NCBI GenBank assembly: GCA_003151625.1
Contig: PLYC01000021.1
Span: 80,235-144,234, forward strand
Origin: Candidatus Doudnabacteria bacterium
Lineage (GTDB): Bacteria; Patescibacteriota; Doudnabacteria; UBA920
Length of the DNA stretch: 64,000 nt
Direction of reading: 5' to 3'
The translations under genes were made by a program, and so were the position numbers. Shown piece after piece: positions 28,480-37,407 of the stretch; within the stretch, counting starts at the first letter, position 1; every line of letters begins with the position of its first letter. The notes beneath the pieces were generated by a model. That model was not told the origin of the DNA and ran no database searches. It saw nothing but the letters and a program-made list of their open reading frames with translations.

Positions 28480-29067
28480 ATGAAACTATACGCGATTACC
28501 GTCCTTTTGCTGGTGACTGACGCTTTCGGCCAAACACAGGTGACTGCCGACACAATGGGCAAGGGCAACGACGCGATGTTTATCTCGTCCAATGCTCTCG
28601 TAGTCAAAGACTACGGCACTCTCACGGTCACCACGCTGCAATACTGGCGTGGGCTGACCAACCGGGTTGATGCCTTTGCGGGCATTACACTCACCACAGC
28701 ATTCGGCCAACAGCAGGCCAGCGTTACCGGCGGAGCAAATATCAACTTGCTCAAAACCAAGTTGGTGAGCGTGTCAGCGTTCAACACGCTGGCCACGCCG
28801 CTCCATCGCCGGCAAGACGCAAGCGCCGCAACGTGGTTTGCCGCCGGGGTTGTTAGCCACGATTTCCATGTGGCGACGCTCTATACCGGCTACAGCGCCA
28901 CGGTGCCGATCGGCCACACGGCGGACAAACTGTTCACCCCTCCCAGCGTGGTGCACAATGTCCCGGTTGGCATCGCCATTCCTAAAGGCAAATTACTCGT
29001 CTTTGTGGAATACAATTTCGGCAAGGCGGTGCAAACCGCCGGACTCGGTGTCGCGTACACCTTTTAG
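28480..29067 (+). CDS. Secreted beta-rich protein (signal peptide; possible beta-barrel), GC-rich foreign gene
   Basis: N-terminal MKLYAITVLLLVTDAFGQTQV signal. Alternating hydrophobic pattern. C-terminal ..GLGVAYTF. Strong GGAGG RBS. Followed by a gggaga..tctccc hairpin and T-run terminator at about 29068-29100. Confidence 0.5.
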   Translation: MKLYAITVLLLVTDAFGQTQVTADTMGKGNDAMFISSNALVVKDYGTLTVTTLQYWRGLTNRVDAFAGITLTTAFGQQQASVTGGANINLLKTKLVSVSAFNTLATPLHRRQDASAATWFAAGVVSHDFHVATLYTGYSATVPIGHTADKLFTPPSVVHNVPVGIAIPKGKLLVFVEYNFGKAVQTAGLGVAYTF

Positions 29068-29221
29068 GGGAGATAGCACCTCTCCCCTCCCTTTTTTAAA
29101 CTTTGATTTATAAATCGAAATTTAAAAATTGGAAAACCCCTACTATTGCTTTTTTATTAAGGTTTTGATAAACTATGTTCACGTGTCGCAACAATCTTTA
29201 ATCTAATATCTTAAATCTAAT

Positions 29222-29485
29222 ATGCCAAATACCAAATCAGCCGCTAAGGCCATGAGACAGTCTATTAAGAGAAACCTAAGGAACGTAAAAGCTAAGGACA
29301 AATTCAAGGCCGCGGTTAAGGAAGTCAAAAGACTTATTACCGCTGGAAAAAAGTCCGAAGCCGCCAAGGCCATAGAAGCCGCCATGTCCGCCCTGGATAA
29401 AGCCGCCAAAACCCACGTCATTCACAAAAATACTGCATCCAGAAAAAAAAGCAGGCTGGCTAAAGCCATTGCGAAAATCAAATAA
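29222..29485 (+). CDS. rpsT: 30S ribosomal protein S20
   Basis: MPNTKSAAKAMRQSIKRNLRN..HKNTASRKKSRLAKAI.. is canonical S20. Followed by the aaaatcccgccactcggcgggatttt terminator (29490-29525). Confidence 0.95.
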   Translation: MPNTKSAAKAMRQSIKRNLRNVKAKDKFKAAVKEVKRLITAGKKSEAAKAIEAAMSALDKAAKTHVIHKNTASRKKSRLAKAIAKIK

Positions 29486-29530
29486 CTTACAAAATCCCGC
29501 CACTCGGCGGGATTTTGTAATTTTTTCTGC

Positions 29531-31438
29531 CTAGTGACTAGCAGACCCACTCCCTGCATCGGAGAGAGGGAAGGCCGCAGAGGTTGCAAAGCTTTCTAAA
29601 AATTTTACAATACGCTGGTCCAATAAAATGTCAGCCGGGTAAATTGGACGCTTTAGAGTCAGACCGACTAGGGTGCGGCATCGGGAAAGCGCGACGTAAA
29701 GCTGGCCATGTGCAAAAGTGCCGGAGGCTAAATCTATATAAACTTTATCAAAAGTTTTGCCTTGGGCTTTGTGAATAGTTACCGCCCAGGCTAATTTAAA
29801 CGGATATTGAGTATAGGTACCCATGGTTTTACTCTTTACCGTTTCGGTATATTTATCAAGCGTAAAACTGTACATTTCCCAAGTATATGGCTCAACGTTT
29901 ACAGTCTCGCCGGTTTCGAGTTCAACAATGATGGTATCGGGAGCATTGTTTTCTTCAATAGAAAAATCAGTGGTAAGGGGTTCCGATTCAGAGGCAGCAA
30001 ATGGATCGGCAGTATCGTAACTCCAACCACCCCGTCCCGCTCCGCGGGCCACCCCTCCTTGAAAAGGAGGGGAAACCACACCTAGATTAAATTTTTCTAT
30101 ACCAATAATTTTCCCCATTGTGCCATTGACCCAGCGCTTGCGCTGGTCGTTATTGAGCATCATAATTTGCGCGCCAACTTTTATTTGTAAGTGTAAATCC
30201 GTGGGAAGTTCGCGATCTTGAAAACTGCCGCGCGCGCTACCGGTATAAACCTTTGGCTCCGACTCAATACGCTCCAAAAAATAATTATTTACCCAACTTG
30301 CCCGTTTGTTGGTCGGAGTTAAATAAATGGAAAATCTCTCAAAGGAAAATTCTTTTTCTTGATCTTGGGCGCGCTGGTTTAATATTTGCAAATGGTCGGT
30401 ACTCGCGGCATTATTGCGAACCGCGTTCAAGATTTCCAAAAATACCCTCTCCTTTTGTCTGTACATTGTCTGAAGTTCAATGAATTTAAATTGTGAATTT
30501 TTAAAACTTCGGGAATCAAAAAAATAAGGGCTCGTATATTCTTTAATTAAAGCGCTAACCGAACCAAAATCCCGCTCAACCGGCGGAAGTTGATACAAGT
30601 CGCCGATAAATATCATTTGCAAACCGCCAAACGGCATATCCGACGCTGGTCCGTTTAGACGCAAAAATTTATCAACGAAATCCAAGAGGTCGGCTCTGAC
30701 CATGGAAATTTCGTCTATGATTATGGTGTTTAATTTTAAAAGCAGTTTTCTTTTTGGGGAAAATGGGGCCAACTTTTTAACCTTTTGCATGGTTATGTCC
30801 GGACCAAAAGCGCAAAAAGAATGAATTGTTTGGCCTTCCACATTTAAGGCAGCAACGCCTGTCGGAGCCAGAACAACAATATTTTTCTCCGTGGTGTGGC
30901 GAAAATGCTGTAAGAGAGTAGATTTCCCTGTACCAGCCTCACCGGTTAAAAATAAATTCTGTTGGGTATTTTGCATTAAATCCAAGGCTCTTTGAGCCTC
31001 GGGATTGTCGGAAAAATTGAATTGTGGCGGCATCGTATCGCCCGGCTTAACAGAACCACCCCGCCTACCTTCTAAGGAGGCCAAGGCATCGGAAGATAGG
31101 TAGGAAGACACCCTTCCTTCGTGAAGAGGGGAAACGGCGCTCCCGCTGTCCTTTTTGCTTTTTCTTTCTTCATCACGCTTTTTTTGGGCATCGTAATCCC
31201 AACCCGCAATATCAGGAAAATATTTAGCCAAGCGGCCTCGGATGCCGTTTGGTTTACGGCCAAATTTTTCGGCTGTTGCCTCCAAAAATATTTCAAAGCT
31301 TTCCGATCCTTCCGTTTTATGGCTATCATAAACGTCCAAAAGCGCCGTATCCTCCTCTTTTGTCCAGCGCATGAAGGCCTTCGGATGCGTTTTACGCAAT
31401 TCTTCAATATTGCTTATTTTTTGGGCTTGTTTGTCCAT
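29531..31438 (-). CDS. Pif1/RecD-like ATP-dependent DNA helicase with N-terminal extension
   Basis: Motif I LTGEAGTGKSTLL. Motif II IIIDEISMV. ..LQMIFIGDLYQLPPV.. In-frame palindromic insert at 30027-30077 coding GVVSPPFQGGVARGAGRGG. Confidence 0.8.
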   Translation of the reverse strand: MDKQAQKISNIEELRKTHPKAFMRWTKEEDTALLDVYDSHKTEGSESFEIFLEATAEKFGRKPNGIRGRLAKYFPDIAGWDYDAQKKRDEERKSKKDSGSAVSPLHEGRVSSYLSSDALASLEGRRGGSVKPGDTMPPQFNFSDNPEAQRALDLMQNTQQNLFLTGEAGTGKSTLLQHFRHTTEKNIVVLAPTGVAALNVEGQTIHSFCAFGPDITMQKVKKLAPFSPKRKLLLKLNTIIIDEISMVRADLLDFVDKFLRLNGPASDMPFGGLQMIFIGDLYQLPPVERDFGSVSALIKEYTSPYFFDSRSFKNSQFKFIELQTMYRQKERVFLEILNAVRNNAASTDHLQILNQRAQDQEKEFSFERFSIYLTPTNKRASWVNNYFLERIESEPKVYTGSARGSFQDRELPTDLHLQIKVGAQIMMLNNDQRKRWVNGTMGKIIGIEKFNLGVVSPPFQGGVARGAGRGGWSYDTADPFAASESEPLTTDFSIEENNAPDTIIVELETGETVNVEPYTWEMYSFTLDKYTETVKSKTMGTYTQYPFKLAWAVTIHKAQGKTFDKVYIDLASGTFAHGQLYVALSRCRTLVGLTLKRPIYPADILLDQRIVKFLESFATSAAFPLSDAGSGSASH

Positions 31439-31493
31439 GAACTTACTATATCAGCGCCGCCTTTAAATTAAAAGCGGCGCTGAAAAATTAGCT

Positions 31494-31730
31494 TTATTCG
31501 ATTGTTTTTACTTTTTCTTGCAGTTCCGCAACGGCCTGGCTAAACTGCTCCAAGTCATTTTTAAACACGGTTAGCGTGCTGCGATGACCCTGCCCGTCTC
31601 TTATCCAACTTTGGCTAATGCTCAAATACTTATTGCCGTTCTTTGCAGCCTTAACATCAAAAAAGTAAGTCTGCCCTTTGGTCTTGATGTTTTGCGAATA
31701 TATCACCGGCGTTTGTAATTCTTGTGGCAT
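31494..31730 (-). CDS. DUF3276 family PUR-alpha-like nucleic-acid-binding protein
   Basis: ..KGQTYFFDVKAAKNGNKYLSISQS..RSTLTVFKNDLEQF.. matches the bacterial PUR repeat (DUF3276). Confidence 0.6.
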   Translation of the reverse strand: MPQELQTPVIYSQNIKTKGQTYFFDVKAAKNGNKYLSISQSWIRDGQGHRSTLTVFKNDLEQFSQAVAELQEKVKTIE

Positions 31731-31860
31731 ATATTGTTAATTGGTTTATATTGTTTGCGACCTTTAATAAGATCTTTAAAGCTCACTAGAATGAGCTGGC
31801 AATCTTTTAAGAGATCCCTCCCCGCCAGAGGCGGATAGGGATGCCTCCGCTAGCGCGACA

Positions 31861-32880
31861 TCACTTTTTATTAATAAGATTTACAATTATTTTTATCATT
31901 ACATCTTTTTGCACCGGTTTGCTTTCCGCTACCAGCAAAGCTAACGCGACTAAAGCAGTGTCATTGACTTTGCGCTCCCCTTTTTTGTTATTGAGAAAAT
32001 TGTTTTCAATCAGAAATAACAAAAAGAGCAAACAGCCAATTCTTTTGTTGCCGTCTACAAATGGATGATCTTTAATGGCAAAATATAAAAGATGCGCCGC
32101 CTTTTCTTCCAAAGAAGGATATAGCTCTTTACCGCCGTAAGTTTGATAAATACTGCCGAGCACAGCCTCCAACTTTCCGCCTACTTCCTGGCCGAATAAA
32201 TCACTGACTTCTTTTTTCGCGGCCAAGCGCTGTTTAAACCGAATAATGGTTTTTTGAATTTCCGCGTGGTCTAATTTCCGCGAAGCTTTTTTACTGACAT
32301 CGGAAATTTCTAACTTGCCTTCATCGTATTCATGAAGGACTGTCCAAGTGTTGGCGTAATCTACGATGATATTCAAAAATTCTTTCTCATACCCTTCCGT
32401 CCTCCGCGCCTCTATAACATTCTGAAAAAGTTTTACCGTTTGCTGGAGTTCTTTAAGCTGGCTGTTATGTTCCTGCTTTAACTGATCCAGCCGATACTTA
32501 TTAACCGCATACCCCTGCAACAAATAGTCGCGCAGCCGTTGCGTAGCCCAAACCCTAAATTTTGTTGCAACCTTAGAACTTACTCTGTAACCGACAGATA
32601 TTATGGCATCTAAATTATAATATTCTATTTGCCTTTCAACCGCTCTACCCCCTTCAGATTGAACTGTTGCATTTTTTGCAACAGTTGGCCGTTGCTCTAA
32701 CTCCCCTTCTTTAAAGATTGTGCTTAAATGACGGGAGATTACAGATTTATCCCGTCCAAAAAAATCAGCTATTTGCTGTAAAGTCGCCCAAAATGTATCA
32801 CCCTCAAACCTAACCTGAATTTCAGAGCCCTCTTGAGCTTTATATATAATTATTTCTCCCTTTTTTGTTTTTTCTTCCAT
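31861..32880 (-). CDS. RhuM-family N-terminal domain fused to a Fic/Doc domain (Doc-type HxFxDGNKR motif)
   Basis: N-terminal ..IQVRFEGDTFWATLQQIADFFGRDKSVISRHLSTIFKEGEL..YNLDAIISVGYRVSS..FRVWATQRL is the RhuM domain. C-terminal ..HPFVDGNKRIG.. is the Doc/Fic motif. Flanked by CCGCC-N3-GGCGG hairpins in the 5' leader (32885-32935) and 3' end (31805-31850). Confidence 0.7.
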   Translation of the reverse strand: MEEKTKKGEIIIYKAQEGSEIQVRFEGDTFWATLQQIADFFGRDKSVISRHLSTIFKEGELEQRPTVAKNATVQSEGGRAVERQIEYYNLDAIISVGYRVSSKVATKFRVWATQRLRDYLLQGYAVNKYRLDQLKQEHNSQLKELQQTVKLFQNVIEARRTEGYEKEFLNIIVDYANTWTVLHEYDEGKLEISDVSKKASRKLDHAEIQKTIIRFKQRLAAKKEVSDLFGQEVGGKLEAVLGSIYQTYGGKELYPSLEEKAAHLLYFAIKDHPFVDGNKRIGCLLFLLFLIENNFLNNKKGERKVNDTALVALALLVAESKPVQKDVMIKIIVNLINKK

Positions 32881-33171
32881 AAATTCTCCTTTTGTTTTCC
32901 GCCGTAGGCGGATCCGCCTTTGGCGGAAAGCATACGAGAGCCCCTCGTATTGGCTTATTTATAAGCCTTTTAAGTTTGTTCCAAAATGGAACATACTGAA
33001 CTATTTCCATTTTGGAAACAGTTGATATTTATATAGTATACAATCGTTCACCTTATGTCAATCCCTTTAAAGATAAGGGTAAAATAAATTTCCGCCCGAG
33101 TTATCCACTGCTTTGTCCCGCCATGGCGGGACTTCGCAGTGCAAGCACGCCATACCGTTTTCTCGCAAAAT

Positions 33172-33837
33172 TTAAAATTCAAAAGTTTTAAGTTTTTCTT
33201 TAACTGGCGCAATGGCCTCCTCTGTAATATCCCCCGCCTTCATTTTACTGCTCCTAAAAATTTGTCTTTCAATTTCCCGTAAGCCGTTCTCAAACTCCGA
33301 CCGTGCCTCATCGTTGCCGCCCATCATATGGAATTTATTATTGTACCTGACCCGCAAGTCCGCCAGTCTTTCTTCCAAGCTAATAATTCCTCTTGGCCCG
33401 ACGCGCATATCGCTGTACGCGCAAATTTTTTTACCAAAATCTTCTGTCTCCGCATTAGTTCTACCATTATTGAAGCCAATACAGTCTATAAGCTCAATAA
33501 CTCTACCTGACGCGTCTGCTTCTTTTGCAATTATTAAAGCGGCCTGATGTTCGTCTGTACCATACTTTTGCCGGTATTCTTCCTTAACTTTTTCCCAAAA
33601 CTCCACATCAATATCTAAATTCATCACTGATTTGGTTTTGCGTAAATCAAACTTCAAAATATTCCCCATATCATGAAGCAAGCAAGCCAAAACTATATAC
33701 TCCCTCTCCCTCCGGGAGAGGGCTGGGGTGAGGGTTATATGCGCGCAGATTAAATCCGCCACCCCAGCCACCCTTAACTGGTGTTCGGCCAACTGCGGCA
33801 TTGTTTGATATTTTTTGTAAATTTCTAAAATGTTCAT
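33172..33837 (-). CDS. HD-domain phosphohydrolase
   Basis: ..LACLLHDMGN.. HD motif. In-frame GC insert at 33700-33748 coding TLTPALSRRERE. Confidence 0.6.
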   Translation of the reverse strand: MNILEIYKKYQTMPQLAEHQLRVAGVADLICAHITLTPALSRREREYIVLACLLHDMGNILKFDLRKTKSVMNLDIDVEFWEKVKEEYRQKYGTDEHQAALIIAKEADASGRVIELIDCIGFNNGRTNAETEDFGKKICAYSDMRVGPRGIISLEERLADLRVRYNNKFHMMGGNDEARSEFENGLREIERQIFRSSKMKAGDITEEAIAPVKEKLKTFEF

Positions 33838-33838
33838 A

Positions 33839-34288
33839 CTATTCCAAACAGTTTTTAATCATTTCTGACATTTCACCAAGCTCTTCGGAAGTCGCACGCT
33901 TGGCACGGTTAGGATCAAGATCATTGCCTTTATTTATAGGCACAAGATGCAAGTGAACATGATCAACGCCAAAACCCTCTACGGCCATACCAATTCGTTT
34001 TGCCTTAGTAACTTCTTGTAATGGCAAAGATAATTTTTTGGCAATCTCAAATATCTCCCGATACAAGTCATCAGGCAAATCAAAAATATAGCCATGATGC
34101 TGTTTAGGCACAATATCCAAATGCCCCGGATTAATTGGATTAATATCCAAAAAGGCAATAAAATTTTCATTTTCAAAAACTTTATGGTTTTCAATCTCTC
34201 CTTTTATAATTTTGCAAAATATGCAGTTTTCCATAAATCCGGCTATTCCGAGGGTAACCCTCGGAGTTTCATGTACTAAAATGTTCAT
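33839..34288 (-). CDS. HIT (histidine triad) family protein
   Basis: ..NPGHLDIVPK.. and ..VDHVHLHLVP.. (HxHxH). Confidence 0.8.
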   Translation of the reverse strand: MNILVHETPRVTLGIAGFMENCIFCKIIKGEIENHKVFENENFIAFLDINPINPGHLDIVPKQHHGYIFDLPDDLYREIFEIAKKLSLPLQEVTKAKRIGMAVEGFGVDHVHLHLVPINKGNDLDPNRAKRATSEELGEMSEMIKNCLE

Positions 34289-34593
34289 CTACTTTCAAAC
34301 AAAATTATATACAAAATTATCATTAGAATATTAAACCAAATACAATCTTTATTATAAATTTCATTTGCCTCTTTTCTTAAAACAACGACTGAAGATTTAA
34401 TTAAAGGAGGGAAATGTGCAATGGCGGGAACTAAAATAATCAACCAACTCCTTTTAGGGAAATACCAACCGGCAAAGACTAATAAAAACATTGACACAGA
34501 ACATATAAACCAAATTGCGTGGTTGGCATTTTTAAACCAACCTCTTTTTATAAACCATCCAATCAAAATCCCAGCTTCTCCATCTCCCCCCAA
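34285..34593 (-). CDS. Small membrane protein (3 predicted TM)
   Basis: Hydrophobic 102-aa ORF overlapping adjacent gene ends. Confidence 0.4.
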   Translation of the reverse strand: MGGDGEAGILIGWFIKRGWFKNANHAIWFICSVSMFLLVFAGWYFPKRSWLIILVPAIAHFPPLIKSSVVVLRKEANEIYNKDCIWFNILMIILYIILFESR

Positions 34594-37385
34594 TTATCTC
34601 CCGCCTTAACTTCCACTTTAATCGGAACGGAAAGTTTAATGGCTTCTTCCATCATTGGAATTAACTTTTTTGCCCAATATTCCACTTTGTCCTCCCGAAC
34701 TTCAAATACAAGTTCGTCGTGGACTTGTAAGAGCATTCGAATTTCACCACCTCCCCCGCCTGTGGCGGGTACTCCTCCTTTGAAAGGAGGAGAGCTCCGC
34801 AGCATTTCCTTGTGGATATTGATCATGGCTACCTTAATTACATCAGCGGCCAAAGACTGGATGGGAAAATTCACGGCCGCGCGTTCTGCCGCGGCACGGA
34901 TAAAGAATTGGGAGGATTTTATTTCCGGGAATTTGCGCATCCGGCCAAGCTCGTTGCGGACAAAGGCTTCTTCGTTGACCTGCAATTTAATTTGCTCAAT
35001 ATAATTTTCCACGGCCGGATAAGCGGCAAAATATTTTGCTATAAATTCTTTGGCCTCCGCGCGGCTTACTTCGCCAATGCGCGATGACAGCCCAAACGAC
35101 GACAGCCCGTATAAAATACCAAAGTTGATTGTCTTGGCGTCGCGCCTCATATCGGCCGTAACTTTGTCGTCCGTCACCCCAAAAATACTGACCGCGGTGT
35201 TGGTGTGGATGTCTTCATTATTCTTAAACACCCGGAGCATATTTTCATCTTTGGCCAAATGCGCCACAATGCGCAATTCAATTTGGCTGTAGTCAATAGA
35301 TAAAAGCTTATAGCCCGCCTCCGCCACAAACGCCTGCCTAATTTTACTCCCCAAGCCTTGCCCCCGAATTGGAATATTCTGCAAGTTCGGGTCGGTGGAA
35401 CTAAGTCTACCCGTTGCCGCAATGGTTTGGTTATAGTTAGTATGAATCCGTCCGGTTTTTTTATTTACCAATTCCGGCAGCGCCAGCAAATAAGTTGATT
35501 GCAGCTTAGCCAATTCCCTATATTCCAAAATTTTATCAATTACCGGATGCTGGCCTTTCATTTTTTCCAGCTCGCCGGCGGCCGTAGACAGGCCGGTTTT
35601 GGTTTTACGATTTTGCACCGGCTCTAGTTTCATTTTTTCAAATAAAACCTCCTTCATCTGCTTTGGAGAATTCAAATTAAATTCCTCGCCGGTTAATTTA
35701 TAAATTTTACTTTCCAAATCCTTAATATCAATTTCTGCTTCCGCGGATAACTTGTTTAAAAATTTGCTGTCCAGTTTAATGCCATTTAACTCCATGCTTG
35801 CCAGCACTTCCACCAGCGGCATTTCAATGTCGTAAAAAACTTTTTCCAAACCTTCTTTTTTCAATTGGGGTTCAAAAAGTTCTTTAAGACGTAAAGTCAT
35901 GTCCACGTCTTCACAGCAGTACCAGCTCACTTTAGCCGGCTCCCCTTTATCCATTGTTATCTGATTTTTTCCTTTACCTATTAAATCCTCTATTGGCTGC
36001 ATTTGATAGCCGAGCTCGTTAAAAGCCAGGGCGTCTAAACCATGCTGGCGCGTGCCGGCATTTAGGAGATAGGAGGCTATCATGGTATCAAAATCAGTTG
36101 TAAGTTGTAAGTTGTAAGTTGTAAAAACCTCCAAGTCGTATTTTATGTTGTGGCCGATTTTTTTGATTTTAACATCGGATAATATTTTTTTTAATTCTTC
36201 AGATGCCAAAAATAAATCCGCGGCTACATAATACGCTACCCCTGGCTTTACACAAAGTCCCACCCCTACTAATTTTGCGTTTATTGTGTCGAGACTGGTA
36301 GTTTCCGTGTCGATGGTTATTTCTTTTGCCGCTGACAAACCCTTCAAAATCTTTTCCAATTTTTCTTCCGTGTCTATAAACTGGTAATCCTGTTTGCCAA
36401 TACTCGCAGCGCCCTCCGCCTTATTTGTAGGATTTTCTGACAATAATTCTTCATTAATCGCCCCTGCACCCTCACCCCTGACCCCTTTTTCCTTTGGCAG
36501 CTTCCCAATCAGCGTCCTAAACTCCAATTCCTGAAACAACTTCACTGTACCCTGCAAATGCGCGGCATCAAAATCATAAGCAACAATATTTATTTCCAAA
36601 GGAACTTTGCAGTCAATTTGTGAAAGCTGATAAGACATTATCGCTTCTTTTTCCTGTGACTTAAGCAATTCCAAAATCCTCGGCTTAATTTTACTGCCGG
36701 TTAAGCCTTCTTTAATCGCTGTATATAATCCATCAAACGATTTAAAATCTTGAATTAATTCCGAAGCGGTTTTCTCGCCTATTCCCTTTACCCCCGGAAT
36801 ATTATCGGAAGGGTCGCCGCGCAAAGCCTTATAGCTTACCATTTGGTCTGGGTTAAGCCCGTAGCGCGCTCGAACGGCTTTGGCGTCGTAAATTACCACA
36901 TCGGTAATACCTTTGCGCATGGTATAAACTTTTATAACGTGATTGACTAATTGCAAGGTGTCTAAGTCGCCTGTCACAATAATTACTTCTGCTTCCGGGT
37001 CTTTTTTATGCAAAGTTAAAGCCAGTGTACCAAGACAATCATCCGCCTCAAAACCCTGTTTTTCAAAAATAAGAATATTTAACGCGCGCACCACTTCTTT
37101 AACGCGCGGAATTTGGTCGTAAAGTTCCTGGTCGGCCTTAACGCGCGTGCCTTTATATTCCTTATACTGCACGTGCCTAAAAGTCGGGCCGGCCAAATCA
37201 AAGGTGCAGGCAATATGCGTGGGCTTAATGTCTGCAATGGCTTTAAGCAAAATCAAGCTAAAACCATAAACCGCGTTGGTCTGCTCCCCGCTTTTGGTGT
37301 TTAAAACCGGAATAGCGTGATACCCGCGGTGAATTAGCGCGTTGCCGTCTATTAACATATAGCGCGATTGTTTTGGAGGCGTCAT
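34563..37385 (-). CDS. polA: DNA polymerase I
   Basis: 5'-3' exonuclease N-terminus (..LIDGNALIHRGYHA..). Polymerase motifs A/B/C (..LSIDYSQIELRIVAHL.., ..RRDAKTINFGILYG.., ..QVHDELVFEV). Two in-frame GC inserts (34745-34795 and 36460-36487) and a 7-bp x4 tandem repeat at 36096-36123. Confidence 0.95.
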   Translation of the reverse strand: MTPPKQSRYMLIDGNALIHRGYHAIPVLNTKSGEQTNAVYGFSLILLKAIADIKPTHIACTFDLAGPTFRHVQYKEYKGTRVKADQELYDQIPRVKEVVRALNILIFEKQGFEADDCLGTLALTLHKKDPEAEVIIVTGDLDTLQLVNHVIKVYTMRKGITDVVIYDAKAVRARYGLNPDQMVSYKALRGDPSDNIPGVKGIGEKTASELIQDFKSFDGLYTAIKEGLTGSKIKPRILELLKSQEKEAIMSYQLSQIDCKVPLEINIVAYDFDAAHLQGTVKLFQELEFRTLIGKLPKEKGVRGEGAGAINEELLSENPTNKAEGAASIGKQDYQFIDTEEKLEKILKGLSAAKEITIDTETTSLDTINAKLVGVGLCVKPGVAYYVAADLFLASEELKKILSDVKIKKIGHNIKYDLEVFTTYNLQLTTDFDTMIASYLLNAGTRQHGLDALAFNELGYQMQPIEDLIGKGKNQITMDKGEPAKVSWYCCEDVDMTLRLKELFEPQLKKEGLEKVFYDIEMPLVEVLASMELNGIKLDSKFLNKLSAEAEIDIKDLESKIYKLTGEEFNLNSPKQMKEVLFEKMKLEPVQNRKTKTGLSTAAGELEKMKGQHPVIDKILEYRELAKLQSTYLLALPELVNKKTGRIHTNYNQTIAATGRLSSTDPNLQNIPIRGQGLGSKIRQAFVAEAGYKLLSIDYSQIELRIVAHLAKDENMLRVFKNNEDIHTNTAVSIFGVTDDKVTADMRRDAKTINFGILYGLSSFGLSSRIGEVSRAEAKEFIAKYFAAYPAVENYIEQIKLQVNEEAFVRNELGRMRKFPEIKSSQFFIRAAAERAAVNFPIQSLAADVIKVAMINIHKEMLRSSPPFKGGVPATGGGGGEIRMLLQVHDELVFEVREDKVEYWAKKLIPMMEEAIKLSVPIKVEVKAGDNWGEMEKLGF

Positions 37386-37407
37386 ATACCTTAATTATAA
37401 TCAATTT

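Noticed and set aside
29068-29221. Possible small RNA between the secreted-protein gene and rpsT (gatttataaatc palindrome)
   Set aside because: Adequately explained as terminator plus rpsT promoter region. No further structure evident.
31841-32068. ORF 31841..32068 (+) and other short ORFs overlapping known genes antisense (e.g. 25411..25614, 26316..26696, 35174..35422)
   Set aside because: Embedded antisense in well-supported genes (RhuM-Fic, uvrB, polA). No independent support.
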